The notes below the pieces were generated by a model. That model was not told the DNA's origin and searched no databases. It saw nothing but the letters and a program-made list of their open reading frames with translations. A DNA stretch of 64,000 nt from Candidatus Latescibacterota bacterium (lineage in GTDB: Bacteria > Latescibacterota > UBA2968 > GCA-2709665): assembly GCA_965116875.1 (NCBI GenBank), contig OZ220733.1, forward strand, positions 3,808,001-3,872,000, given 5' to 3'. Position 1 is the stretch's first letter. Each line of letters opens with the position of its first letter. Position numbers and translations under genes: made by a program. Of the stretch, positions 40,239-50,280 are shown piece after piece.

Positions 40239-40322
40239 ATTCTCACCCTCTCCTTACTGACGCAATTCTCAGAAAGTCGTGCATTGAGGCGACAATGAAA
40301 CGTCTGTGCAACCCTACTACGC

Positions 40323-40351
40323 AATGTAACACGTCCAAGGACCAAAGTCAA
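40323..40351 (-). promoter_or_regulatory. Sigma70 promoter for the zapB-like/zapA genes
   Basis: TTGACT-17 bp-TACATT. Confidence 0.65.
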
Positions 40352-40445
40352 GGACGGGATACCGGAAGCGAACGGATCGGGAACGGGATCGGAAGCGTTT
40401 CGAGGGGGCGCTGCTGCGGCAAGTTCCGTTGACCTGGCGGGCAAA

Positions 40446-40799
40446 TTACGTGTATTGGCGGGCCTGTTGGGCCAACGCGGAGAACGCCGCCGGATCCGTG
40501 ACGGCGAGGTTGGCCAGCACCTTTCTGTCAACAGAAATATCGGCCTTTTTCAGCCCGTTGATCAGGCTGCTGTACGAGAGCCCGTTCAGCCGGGCGGCGG
40601 CATTGATTCGTACGATCCACAACGATCGGAAATTTCTCTTTTTCTGACGACGGTCCCTGTATGCATAGGAAAGGGCCCGATTGACGGCGTCGTCCGCGGT
40701 GCGATACAGCTTGCTTCGCCCTCCGCGGTATCCGCGGGCGGCCTTCAGTACTTTCTTTCGTCTGCGTCGCGATGCAACGCTGTTCGTCGTTCTTGGCAT
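40446..40799 (-). CDS. rplT: 50S ribosomal protein L20
   Basis: [24 protein letters not shown]. Confidence 0.97.
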   Translation of the reverse strand: MPRTTNSVASRRRRKKVLKAARGYRGGRSKLYRTADDAVNRALSYAYRDRRQKKRNFRSLWIVRINAAARLNGLSYSSLINGLKKADISVDRKVLANLAVTDPAAFSALAQQARQYT

Positions 40800-40929
40800 G
40801 TCGATTGTCTCCTGGTGGCGCCCGGCAGTCGTGCGCGCCGTGTCTGCTTCCGGATCGGTTCGTCCTGAATCTGAAAGCCGCCGAGATTACGATGGAAAGG
40901 CGCTTCCAATCTGAAACCGGTTCCGCCCG

Positions 40930-41124
40930 TCAGTTGGGAAGCAGGCGCTGAACCCGGTCCTGATCGGATTTGTGCACTACGGTGGGTTTGCGCAGGTGCA
41001 TCTTGCGTTTGCTGCTTTTGCTTGTCAGATTATGCGTGACCGTTGACTTCCCACGGCCAATGACGCCGGATTTCCGGCGCTTGAACCGCTTCGCCGCTCC
41101 CCGGTGGGTTTTCATTTTGGGCAC
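40930..41124 (-). CDS. rpmI: 50S ribosomal protein L35
   Basis: [13 protein letters not shown]. Confidence 0.95.
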   Translation of the reverse strand: MPKMKTHRGAAKRFKRRKSGVIGRGKSTVTHNLTSKSSKRKMHLRKPTVVHKSDQDRVQRLLPN

Positions 41125-41199
41125 GTTCAACTCCTTTGTAAGCTTCGTTGTCGACGTACAACGAATATGGAAACCGGCAGCCGGACCGGTCGGCGCACG

Positions 41200-41736
41200 C
41201 TACTTCGGCGCCATGATGACGACGATGTTTCGTCCCTCGTCCCGGATGGGCATTTCGGCCGCGCCGACCTCCTGAAGGTCCTCTTTGGCCCGTTCCAGCA
41301 GTTCTCTGCCCTGCATTCGGTACATATTCTGACGGCCGCGAAATTCCACGGTGATTCTGACCTTGTGCCGATGTTTCAGGAAATTCTCGGCATGGCGTAT
41401 CTTGAATTCGTAATCGTGATCGCTGATCCTGGGACCAAGGCGGATCTCTTTCAGTTGCGATGCGGTCTTCTTGCCTTTCTTCTGCTTTTTGCTCTGCTCA
41501 TACCGGTACTTGCCGTAGTTCATGATCCGGCAGACCGGCGGGCGGGCGTTAGGAGCGACTTCGACAAGGTCCAGATCGGCCTCCATTGCCATTTCCATCG
41601 CCTTCCTGGTTTCTACAATGCCAACCTGTCCGCCGTCTTTGTCGACAAGCCGGATCTGGGGTATACGGATCTGTTCGTTGACGCGGGGCGCTCTTTCCTG
41701 CTTTCGATCTCTGAAGACTCTTGGACCTCTGTTGAT
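41200..41736 (-). CDS. infC: Translation initiation factor IF-3 (probable ATC start)
   Basis: RVNEQI; DLVEVAPNARPPVCRIMNYGKY; GGAGGTG lies 6 nt before an in-frame ATC. Confidence 0.93.
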   Translation of the reverse strand: MNRGPRVFRDRKQERAPRVNEQIRIPQIRLVDKDGGQVGIVETRKAMEMAMEADLDLVEVAPNARPPVCRIMNYGKYRYEQSKKQKKGKKTASQLKEIRLGPRISDHDYEFKIRHAENFLKHRHKVRITVEFRGRQNMYRMQGRELLERAKEDLQEVGAAEMPIRDEGRNIVVIMAPK

Positions 41737-41785
41737 ACCGATCACCTCCGAATTCAGTCCTGGCCGCTGGCGGGCCTGATTGGAT

Positions 41786-43723
41786 TTACTGGACGCTTTT
41801 CGTCTGGACTTCCGTGTGCATCCTGGCAATGAGGTCAAGCGTGGACATGCTTCCCAGGTCGCCGGCGCCATGCCTGCGGACCGAGATGGACCGCGCATTG
41901 AGTTCCTGCTTCCCCACGATGACCATATAAGGGATTTTCCGGATTTCAGCCTCGCGGATCTTGAAACCGAGCCTGGCATCCTGCGTGTTCAATTCGGCTC
42001 GGAGACCCGCGTTGTTGAGCTGGCTGGCAACCTCGCCGGCATAGTCGGCAAACGGATCGGATACCGGAAGTACGACGGCCTGCACCGGAGCCAGCCAGAG
42101 CGGGAAGTTACCCGCATAGTGTTCGATCAGCAGGCCGAAGAACCGTTCCATGGCCCCCAGAAGGGCGCGATGGACCATGTACGGCCGGTGGAACTTTCCG
42201 TCTGGCCCGACATAGCTGAGGTCGAAACGTTCCGGTAGGTTGAAATCGAACTGTATGGTCGTGCACTGCCATTCCCTGTTGAGGGCATCATTGATCGTCA
42301 CGTCGATCTTCGGACCGTAGAACGCACCGGCGCCTTCGTCGATCCGGTACGGCAGCTTCCGGGTATCGACGGCGCGCTTGAGGGCGTCTGTGGCTCGTTG
42401 CCAGTCTGCCGGATCTCCAACCGCTTTTTCGGGACGTGTTGAGATGTAGACGTTGAAGTCTTCGAAACCGAACGACTTGAGGATGAACAGCGTAAAGTCG
42501 ATCACCCGGGAGACTTCGTCCTCCACCTGATCCGGACGACAGAAGATGTGTGCGTCGTCCTGGGTGAATCCTCGTACCCGTAACAGGCCATGCAGCGTGC
42601 CGACCATCTCGTAGCGGTAGACTGTACCCAGTTCGGCCCAGCGGAAGGGAAGCTCTCTGTAGCTGCGCCTGCGGGATTTGTAGATGAGGCTGTGGAATGG
42701 ACAATTCATCGGTTTGGCGAAATATTCCTGGCCGTCGATGTCCATTGGGGGGTACATGTTCTCGCGAAAGAAATCCAGATGCCCGCTGGTTTCCCAGAGA
42801 CGGGACCTGCCGATATGGGGCGAGCCCACCAGGTCATAGCCGCCGCCGTAATGCGCTTCGCGCCAGAAATCTTCAATCTGGTTCCTGATTCTCGCCCCGT
42901 TGGGGTGCCAGAGAACCAGACCGGGGCCGGCGGTATCGTTGATTGAGAAAAGATCGAGTTGCCCGCCGAGGGTCCGGTGGTCCCTGTTCTTCGCTTCTTC
43001 CAGGTACTCGAGATAGGCGTTGAGGTCTTTCTGTCCCGGAAAGGAAATGCCGTAGATGCGCTGGAGCATTACGTTGTTTTCGTCGCCCCGCCAGTATGCG
43101 CCCGACGAACTCAGCAATTGAACGGCCTTTATCCGGCCGGTGTGGGGAACATGCGGTCCCCGGCAGAGGTCCAGCCACCGGTCGGCATTCCTGTAGATGC
43201 TGATGGTCTCACCGGGTTCGATCTCCTCCAGGATTTCCAGCTTATAGGTCTCGCCTCGTTCCCGGAACAGATCGATCGCGGCCTCGCGGGTGATTTCCTG
43301 GCGCTGGAAGGTCTGGGCTTCCGCGATGATTTTCCGCATTCTGGCTTCGATTCTGCGCAATTCGTCCGGCGTGAACGGCTTCTCCCGATCGAAGTCGTAA
43401 TAGAAGCCATTCTCGATGGGTGGACCCAACGTGACTTTGACGTCCGGAAACAGGTCCTGCACCGCCTGCGCCATAATATGGGCGGTGCTGTGCCAGTACA
43501 CTTCCTTGCCCGCGTCGCTGGAGAAGGTGAGGATTTCCAGTTCGACGTCGTCTTCCAGGGCACAGCTGAGATCCACGGCCCTGCCATTGACCTTGCCCGC
43601 CAGCGCGGCGCGCGCAAGGCCGGAGCCGATGGATTCGGCCACCTGCAGGACGGTGACGCCCACCGGAAAGCCCTTTCGGGAGCCGTCCGGCAGGGTGACG
43701 GTTATGTTGTCTGTTCGGGGCAT
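41786..43723 (-). CDS. thrS: Threonyl-tRNA synthetase
   Basis: TGS domain; WHSTAH; DLCRGPH; KPMNCP; RVRGFTQDDAH. Confidence 0.97.
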   Translation of the reverse strand: MPRTDNITVTLPDGSRKGFPVGVTVLQVAESIGSGLARAALAGKVNGRAVDLSCALEDDVELEILTFSSDAGKEVYWHSTAHIMAQAVQDLFPDVKVTLGPPIENGFYYDFDREKPFTPDELRRIEARMRKIIAEAQTFQRQEITREAAIDLFRERGETYKLEILEEIEPGETISIYRNADRWLDLCRGPHVPHTGRIKAVQLLSSSGAYWRGDENNVMLQRIYGISFPGQKDLNAYLEYLEEAKNRDHRTLGGQLDLFSINDTAGPGLVLWHPNGARIRNQIEDFWREAHYGGGYDLVGSPHIGRSRLWETSGHLDFFRENMYPPMDIDGQEYFAKPMNCPFHSLIYKSRRRSYRELPFRWAELGTVYRYEMVGTLHGLLRVRGFTQDDAHIFCRPDQVEDEVSRVIDFTLFILKSFGFEDFNVYISTRPEKAVGDPADWQRATDALKRAVDTRKLPYRIDEGAGAFYGPKIDVTINDALNREWQCTTIQFDFNLPERFDLSYVGPDGKFHRPYMVHRALLGAMERFFGLLIEHYAGNFPLWLAPVQAVVLPVSDPFADYAGEVASQLNNAGLRAELNTQDARLGFKIREAEIRKIPYMVIVGKQELNARSISVRRHGAGDLGSMSTLDLIARMHTEVQTKSVQ

Positions 43724-44001
43724 CGGATCTGGCGTTCTCAGGACTGACATGGAGATTCGGCAAAGCAGTGAATCACGACAAACGGATGCCATTCCGGAAT
43801 GGAGAGGCACGGGCGCATCGCGAGTGCCGGCGCGATCCGCGACGTCGGATTTCGTTCCTGTACGAAAATCTGAATAATAAAAAAACGCGCGACTCCTCTA
43901 CTTGCGCGTGGTATTCAGCAAAGCACCTGGTGACAAACGATCCCTTCCGCTGACACTCCTCCGCAAGCAGGTTGATGGGCTTAAACTCAAAACATCAGAC
44001 A

Positions 44002-44030
44002 AATTTATACGATCCTGAAAGGGTTGTCAA
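44002..44030 (-). promoter_or_regulatory. Sigma70 promoter upstream of thrS
   Basis: TTGACA-17 bp-TAAATT. Confidence 0.6.
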
Positions 44031-44160
44031 GCGAAAACTCCTGTTTCCGCGGCCCATATCAGCGCGATTTCGTGGCACGCGAACGGCCCGTCCGGTCCGG
44101 TGTTTCCGGTTCCGGCTCCCGCACTTCCACGCCGCCGGGTTCGCGGCGCCCGCGCCGTCG

Positions 44161-44793
44161 TTACGGGAGGTCGAGCATTTTGTGGATCCTGCAGGAAAGC
44201 CGCCATGCGGGGTGCCGTTTGAGGACGTCGATGGCCTTCCTGATGTATTCAGGTTTGCTCGACTCGGGCTGGAGGTAGACATAATCGGCACGTTCTTCCG
44301 CGACCATGTCTTCCTCAAAGTGTTTTCCGACCACGTACTTGAGCTCCGTAATGTAGCGTAGGCCCCCGGCGATGGACTTTCTCTTGGGAGAGACGGTCCA
44401 GTGTTCGATGAGGTTGTAGAGGTCCGGGTGCGGATCGATCGCGCCGTTCGTCTCGATGTGAATACGGTAGTCTCCGGACCGGAGTTCCCGGCAGAGCGGC
44501 CCGATGTTCTGGCCCAGGGGTTCTCCGCCGGTGAGGCAGACCCATGAGGCGGAATAGCGGCCGACTTCCGCCAGGATTTCGCCGATATCGAGTTCGGTGT
44601 ACGTATCGAATTCGGTGTCACAGAAAAAGCAGCGCAGATTGCATCTGGCGAGGCGCACGAAGGTGGTGGGCTGCCCGACGCGCAGGCCTTCTCCTTCTAT
44701 GGAGTAGAAGATCTCGTTCACCTGCAGCGTCCGGCCGTCTTCGCGCCACAGCGGCATCCGGTCGGGGTTCGCAAGCGGGATACCTTCCAGCAT
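44161..44793 (-). CDS. queE: 7-carboxy-7-deazaguanine synthase
   Basis: EIFYSIEGEG; FVRLARCNLRCFFCDT; TGGEP; IETNG; VSPK. Confidence 0.9.
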   Translation of the reverse strand: MLEGIPLANPDRMPLWREDGRTLQVNEIFYSIEGEGLRVGQPTTFVRLARCNLRCFFCDTEFDTYTELDIGEILAEVGRYSASWVCLTGGEPLGQNIGPLCRELRSGDYRIHIETNGAIDPHPDLYNLIEHWTVSPKRKSIAGGLRYITELKYVVGKHFEEDMVAEERADYVYLQPESSKPEYIRKAIDVLKRHPAWRLSCRIHKMLDLP

Positions 44794-45053
44794 GTCGGGG
44801 TCTCTGGGGGTCAGGACGGGCTCCGGGTGTCAGGCGAAACGGGAATGATTCGAGCGCATTTGAAATAATGGAAAACCGGGACATGAGACAAGGAAAATCC
44901 TTGACATCGTCCACCGCCGCTCGAATATTGTCGCCCGTACGGAGCATCCAAAAGGGAGCGCGCCGGTTTTTTTTGTGTAAATCACATGGCGCCCGGGTTT
45001 CCGATGGATCCTCTCCACGGTTGCGTTCCACGGCGTTACTGAAGGGTTTTCGT

Positions 45054-45734
45054 GTGACAGATCGAACCTATGATGCCGTAATCTTCGACGTCGATGGCGT
45101 AATCGTGGATTCAGAAACGGTTTACTGCGAGACATTCAACGCGACGCTGGGAGACTACGGCGCCGGGATGAGCCGGGAGGACTATGCGGTCTGCGTGGGC
45201 CATCCCGTGGAGGAAAACAGCGCGTACGCCGTGGAACGATACGGGCTGGACGTGGCGCCCGCCGTGTTCCGCGAGATCTGGATGGATCGATTCGAGCGTG
45301 CGATCTCCAATCCCGACCGGGTGTTGCCGATACCGGGTATTCCGGAGCTTCTGGCGCACGTCCGGGATCGCGGTTATCCGCTGGCGGTGGCGTCGTCCAC
45401 GCAGCGGGAACGGATGATGAAGACGCTGCACAGCGGCCTGCTGTCCAGAATGGACGACGTGCGCGACCTGGCCGAGCTGTTCGACGTGACGTTGTCAGGC
45501 AGCGACGTGGAACGCCTGAAACCGGCGCCTGACATCTATCTGTCAGCGGCCGGGAAGTTGAAGGTCGAACCGGGTCGATGTGCGGTCATCGAAGACAGCG
45601 AGGCGGGCGTCAAAGCCGGAAAGGCCGCGGGGATGACGGTGTTCGCGGTGCCGAATTTCTTCACCGCGCGTCAGCGGCACGAAATGGCCGATTTCATTCT
45701 GGGCGGGTTATCGGAATTGAAGCGATATCTTTAG
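45054..45734 (+). CDS. HAD-family phosphatase
   Basis: FDVDGVIVDSE; KPAPDIY; IEDS. Confidence 0.9.
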   Translation: MTDRTYDAVIFDVDGVIVDSETVYCETFNATLGDYGAGMSREDYAVCVGHPVEENSAYAVERYGLDVAPAVFREIWMDRFERAISNPDRVLPIPGIPELLAHVRDRGYPLAVASSTQRERMMKTLHSGLLSRMDDVRDLAELFDVTLSGSDVERLKPAPDIYLSAAGKLKVEPGRCAVIEDSEAGVKAGKAAGMTVFAVPNFFTARQRHEMADFILGGLSELKRYL

Positions 45735-45779
45735 CCCGCGGCGATCCCGCGTCCGGAGCCGGAGTTTCGGTCCGGTCGG

Positions 45780-46502
45780 TCATGCGCAGGTCTCCGCGTT
45801 GTCTTCGGGGGCGTAGCCCAGCTCCTCGCGGGCGTTTCGGAGGTCCCAGTACGCGCGGGTATTGTTCGATATGCCGTAATAGATACCGAAATGGACGTCG
45901 GTCTCGATGCTGCAGCGCACGAGTTGAACGGTATCGCGGTGGCTGAGCCAGGACGCGAGGATCCGGTCGCTCGTGCGGTTGATGACCGAGTCGTCGGGCT
46001 GAAACGACCCGATCCGCAGGCAGATCACAGAAAGCCCGAACGCGTCCGCATAATAACGCCCCAGGTCCTCGCCGTACGCCTTGCTGGCCCCGTAGAAGCT
46101 GTCCGGCCGCGCGTTCACCTCGGTCGTGATACCGATGCCGTTTTTTTCGTAATATCCGGTAACGTGGTTGCTGCTGGCAAACACGACCCGTCCGACGCCC
46201 GTCCTGCGCGCCGCTTCGTAAACGGTGTAGGTTCCACGGATATTCGCTTCGAGGATTTCTTCGAAAGAAGCGCTCCCGTTGGGATTTCCGGCCATGTGGA
46301 CCACGGCATCCACACCCTTCACCGCCGCGATGACCCGGTCCAAATCGGTTATGCTCGAAACATGCACCTCTTCGCCGGGACGGGCCGGGAGGATGGTATT
46401 GTGATACAGCAGTCTGAGGCGGTAGTCGTCCTTCAAACCCTCCCGCAGGACCCGTCCGATTCTGCCGGCGGCGCCGGTGATGAGGATTTTCCTTTTCGGC
46501 AC
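45780..46502 (-). CDS. NAD-dependent epimerase/dehydrogenase (uronate dehydrogenase-like)
   Basis: ITGAAGRIG; FASSNH; YGASK; LRIG. Confidence 0.85.
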   Translation of the reverse strand: MPKRKILITGAAGRIGRVLREGLKDDYRLRLLYHNTILPARPGEEVHVSSITDLDRVIAAVKGVDAVVHMAGNPNGSASFEEILEANIRGTYTVYEAARRTGVGRVVFASSNHVTGYYEKNGIGITTEVNARPDSFYGASKAYGEDLGRYYADAFGLSVICLRIGSFQPDDSVINRTSDRILASWLSHRDTVQLVRCSIETDVHFGIYYGISNNTRAYWDLRNAREELGYAPEDNAETCA

Positions 46503-46589
46503 GTTACACCTTTCGTCTGAACCGTGAGTCGGTACCGGTTGCCTGCGCGGCTTCCACGACAACGGCGGGTGCGCAACCCGGACAGGACG

Positions 46590-47426
46590 TCACAACGGCG
46601 TGACACCGGCCCACTCGGGAAGGAGCCTGGCGGCATTGTTCCAGAGGATGTCCCTTTTGGTCGCATCGGAAAGATCGGCGCCCAGGGTTTTTCCGAGGCA
46701 TTGGCCGAAGAGGCGAACCGGCAGATCCGACGCGAAGACGACGCGACGGCCTCCCAGCGCGCCAACGGCGGCGTCGACGATTCCCGCCTCAGGATCCCCG
46801 CCGCCGGTGTCCACCACCAGATTCGGGCAGTCCGCGACGTGCTCGATTCCCCGGAGCCCGCATCCGTTCAGATGGGCCATGATGATCCTGGCGCCGGGGT
46901 GCCTCCGCGCCAGGCTGGCCACGTCCTGCGGAAACGACTCGCCGGGCAGGTTGCCCGTGGTCTTGTCCCACGCGTGCTGCAGAACGGGTACGTCGAGGTC
47001 GACGGCGCGCTGCATGATCGGGTCCAGGCCGGCATCGGTGGCCCGGCGCGCCACCCACAGCTTGATTCCGCACATGCGCTCTTCAACGATGCACCGGTTG
47101 ATCTCATCGACGGACGCGTCGGGCCAGGCGGGATTGACGTAGCAGAAGGGAAGAAAGGCATCAGGGGCCTCATCGCGCATTCGCAGATTGTAGTCGTTGC
47201 CGTCCCGGCAGTGTCGCATCGCGGGGTCGTGGAGGCGGCTGCCGGCGCCCGATTCCGGATGCAGCAGAAAGATGCACATCTTCGTAATCCCCGCGCGTCC
47301 GGCGGCGTCGAGGATCCTCCTGGCGTCGGCCTTTACGGATGCCGCCCCCGTGCCGAGCGGGTGGACGTGCACGTCCAGCACGTCGCAGGGCGGCTTGAGT
47401 CTCTCTCTCAACGTGGTCAGGTTCAC
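46590..47426 (-). CDS. Amidohydrolase-family protein (paralog A')
   Basis: DVHVH; GIKL; LQH; IMAH; VFASD. Confidence 0.85.
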   Translation of the reverse strand: MNLTTLRERLKPPCDVLDVHVHPLGTGAASVKADARRILDAAGRAGITKMCIFLLHPESGAGSRLHDPAMRHCRDGNDYNLRMRDEAPDAFLPFCYVNPAWPDASVDEINRCIVEERMCGIKLWVARRATDAGLDPIMQRAVDLDVPVLQHAWDKTTGNLPGESFPQDVASLARRHPGARIIMAHLNGCGLRGIEHVADCPNLVVDTGGGDPEAGIVDAAVGALGGRRVVFASDLPVRLFGQCLGKTLGADLSDATKRDILWNNAARLLPEWAGVTPL

Positions 47427-47429
47427 TCT

Positions 47430-47593
47430 AACAGTCCCTTGATAAAGCCCATCCGGGCTACGGCCGGCCCTTGCGGTCGAAATACTGCGTTGCGCTCCCT
47501 CGCCGAATCGCAAGATGGGACTCGGTTGCGCGCCTTGTCTTCGCCCGCAATGGCTCGGCCTCGCCTGCAGAGCGACTTTATCAACGGACTGCT
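47430..47593. mobile_element. MITE family E, long copy
   Basis: Terminal inverted repeats AACAGTCCCTTGATAAAG / CTTTATCAACGGACTGCT. Confidence 0.72.
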
Positions 47594-47602
47594 AAAACCC
47601 CG

Positions 47603-48355
47603 TTACCAGTTGACGATTCGCCCGGCGTTGCCCCCCAGGATGGCGGCCGCGTCGTCGTCTGAGAGATCGGTGACGACCCGCGAAATCGCGGAATAGGGGA
47701 TGAAGAGCGGCGCATGAGAGCCGAACAGCAATTTGTCTCTCAGCCCGTCTTCCACCAGCACCTTTACGGCATCCATCCCGTCCGACTGGGAGACGTCCGC
47801 GTAGAGGTTGGGGAGCTCCAGGATCCTGTCTTTCAGCGCTCTGACTTCACCCGTGCGCGGCCCTCCCATGATGATGAGAAGGCCGGGATGGCGCTTTGCG
47901 GCGTCCGCGATTTCGGCCGCGGGCACATCGGGTACCCGTGCGAGTGGATGCTGCCTTCGCGGGTCTTCGAGCCGCGTCTGCACGATAACGCCGAGACCGG
48001 CCTGGGCGAGGGACCCGAACAGGTCGGACGCGAAATCCAGATCGTACCCGCAATAGGCGGGAAGGAGTTTGACCAGGCGGACCCGGGGCTGCTCCTTCGC
48101 CCGCTCGAGTTCGTCGCGCCAGGTGGCGATGGTCGGATCCAGAACGGGCACGGGCCAGACGTCGCCGGTCGCGCTGGAAGCGTCGTAGAGACCGGCATTG
48201 AATCGATGCGGATTGCGGCACCACGCGGCGTCGAGGGGCGAAACGCACATGCGTTCCACGCCGAATTCCCCGAGGGAGGCGCGAACGGAATCCAGGGCGC
48301 CGTCCACGGGATGGGTGGGCCAGTGTCCGGTGTAGGCGTTGACGTCGATGATCAT
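47603..48355 (-). CDS. Amidohydrolase-fold protein with degenerate metal motif
   Basis: MIIDVNAYTGHWP; LEDPRRQH; LLFGSHAP; ILGGNA. Confidence 0.8.
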   Translation of the reverse strand: MIIDVNAYTGHWPTHPVDGALDSVRASLGEFGVERMCVSPLDAAWCRNPHRFNAGLYDASSATGDVWPVPVLDPTIATWRDELERAKEQPRVRLVKLLPAYCGYDLDFASDLFGSLAQAGLGVIVQTRLEDPRRQHPLARVPDVPAAEIADAAKRHPGLLIIMGGPRTGEVRALKDRILELPNLYADVSQSDGMDAVKVLVEDGLRDKLLFGSHAPLFIPYSAISRVVTDLSDDDAAAILGGNAGRIVNW

Positions 48356-48417
48356 GTCGTTCTCTCCGTCGCAGATCGATTTCATTTTGTACGACTCAGG
48401 CCCGCCGCAACGATCGA

Positions 48418-49251
48418 TCAGAGGGTCCGGACGCCGGACCACGCCGGCAGAAGGCGGGCGGTGTTGTTCCAGAGGATCTCCTTCCTTACGGTCTCCGGAA
48501 GGTCGGTTCCGAGCGTCTTGCCGAGTTGCACGCCGAAGTGGCGGATGGGAGCGTCGGACCCGAAGACGATGCGTTCGGGACCGATGGTTGACGCAGCCGC
48601 TTCGACGATGCCGCTGTCCGGGTCCCCTCCCGAGGTATCGACGTAGATGTTCGGGCAGTCCGCCACGTCTTCCATGCCCGCAAGCCCGCAGCCATTCATG
48701 TGGGCCATGATGAGTTTGGCCTCCGGGTGGCGCCGCGCCAGGTGAGCCACGTCGGCCGGAAAGGATTCGCCCACAAGATTGCCGTCCGTCTTGATCCACG
48801 CGTGCTGAAGCACCGGAACGCCGAATTGTACCGCGCGTTCCAGAATGGGGTCCAGGCCCGGATCGGTGGCGCGGCGCGCGACCCACAGCTTGATTCCGCA
48901 CATGCGCTCGTTTTCGATGCAGCGGTCGATTTCCGCAACGGATTCGGCGGGGTACATCGGGTTCACGTAACAGAAGGGAATGAAGACATCCGGCGCGAGA
49001 TCACGCATCGCCAGAGCATAATCGTTCGCCAGCCTGAATTCTTCAACCGACGGTTCTCTCGGGCAGGTCGTGTACAGTGAGAACAGGCACATCTTTTCCA
49101 CCCCCGCGCGCGCGGCGGAATCGATTATGAGGCGCGCGTCCTGCCGGGCGTCGGCGATCCTGTAAAGACCGAAACAGTCCAGCGGATGCACGTGGACGTC
49201 CAGGGCGGGGCAGGCCGGCTTCAGGCGGTCCATCAGTACGGAAGGCGTCAT
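48418..49251 (-). CDS. Amidohydrolase-family protein (paralog A)
   Basis: DVHVH; GIKL; LQH; IMAH; VFGSD. Confidence 0.85.
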   Translation of the reverse strand: MTPSVLMDRLKPACPALDVHVHPLDCFGLYRIADARQDARLIIDSAARAGVEKMCLFSLYTTCPREPSVEEFRLANDYALAMRDLAPDVFIPFCYVNPMYPAESVAEIDRCIENERMCGIKLWVARRATDPGLDPILERAVQFGVPVLQHAWIKTDGNLVGESFPADVAHLARRHPEAKLIMAHMNGCGLAGMEDVADCPNIYVDTSGGDPDSGIVEAAASTIGPERIVFGSDAPIRHFGVQLGKTLGTDLPETVRKEILWNNTARLLPAWSGVRTL

Positions 49252-49445
49252 CGCACGTCTCCTGGATAAGGGGATTCGCACATGCAGGAACCCATCGGCA
49301 CGGGTGTTTTTCAGGATAACTCCTTGCCCCTGCAACCCATCCTATATATAATTAACCCTGGACTGAATGTCAGCAGATTTCGGCCAGGCCGGTGAAGCAA
49401 CCGGAGGGGATGTCCGGTGATCCGGACCCCGTCCCGGGGAGGAAG

Positions 49446-50198
49446 ATGAAAGCGATCGTTATTGCGGCGGGTTACGCCACGCGGCTCTACCCCCTTACGC
49501 TGAATTTTCCGAAGGGGCTCCTCGAGGTGGGCGGGCGCGCGATCGTGGACTATCTGATGGACCAGATCGAGTCCGTACCCGACGTTGACGGGGTGTATCT
49601 GGTAACCAACAGCCGGTTCGCAGGCCATTACGGCCGGTGGGCGGCCGGGCGGAACGGTCGCCTGGACATCGACGTGATCGACGACGGGACCACGTCCAAC
49701 GAGAACCGTCTGGGTGCGGTGGGGGACATCCGGTTCGCCATTCGGACGCGGGACATTTCAGATGATGTCCTGGTATGCGGCTCCGACAATCTGTTTCAGT
49801 TTCGCCTTACGGACCTGGTGGCGGACTTCCGCGCGAATCCGGCAGCCCACATCTGTGTATGTCACGTGGACGACCCGGAGGACCGCCGCCGGCGCGGCAT
49901 TGCAGTTCTGAATGCGGAAAACCGGGTGGTCAGGTTCGACGAAAAGCCCGAAGTCCCGGAGTCGTCCTGGGGTTCGGCCGCTTTCTACGTCTACCCGGCG
50001 TCCACGTTGAAGCGGTTCGACGAATACATCGAGAGCGGCCGGACGCCGGATGCGCCCGGCCACTTCGTGGAATGGCTCTGTCACGCGGAACCCGTGTATG
50101 CGCACAGGCTTCGCGGAACGGCAATCGATATCGGAAATCCCGAGACCCTGGAGCGGGCGAGACGTGAGTACGAGAAAAAGGTCGACGGTAGACGGTAG
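49446..50198 (+). CDS. Sugar-phosphate nucleotidyltransferase family protein
   Basis: IAAGYATRLYPLT..PK; EKP; DIG. Confidence 0.88.
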   Translation: MKAIVIAAGYATRLYPLTLNFPKGLLEVGGRAIVDYLMDQIESVPDVDGVYLVTNSRFAGHYGRWAAGRNGRLDIDVIDDGTTSNENRLGAVGDIRFAIRTRDISDDVLVCGSDNLFQFRLTDLVADFRANPAAHICVCHVDDPEDRRRRGIAVLNAENRVVRFDEKPEVPESSWGSAAFYVYPASTLKRFDEYIESGRTPDAPGHFVEWLCHAEPVYAHRLRGTAIDIGNPETLERARREYEKKVDGRR

Positions 50199-50280
50199 AG
50201 GCGAGAGGTCCATACCACACCCAACCGGTCTCGCGCTCCCGTTCGCGATGAATTCCCTTTCTTAATCAATAGGTTCAAGG

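Noticed and set aside
44161-44793. queE as part of a dpd DNA-modification system
   Set aside because: No dpdA/tgt or other que genes nearby; housekeeping context
44901-44975. Promoter followed by a short hairpin and T tract as a riboswitch
   Set aside because: Weak stem and no recognisable aptamer consensus
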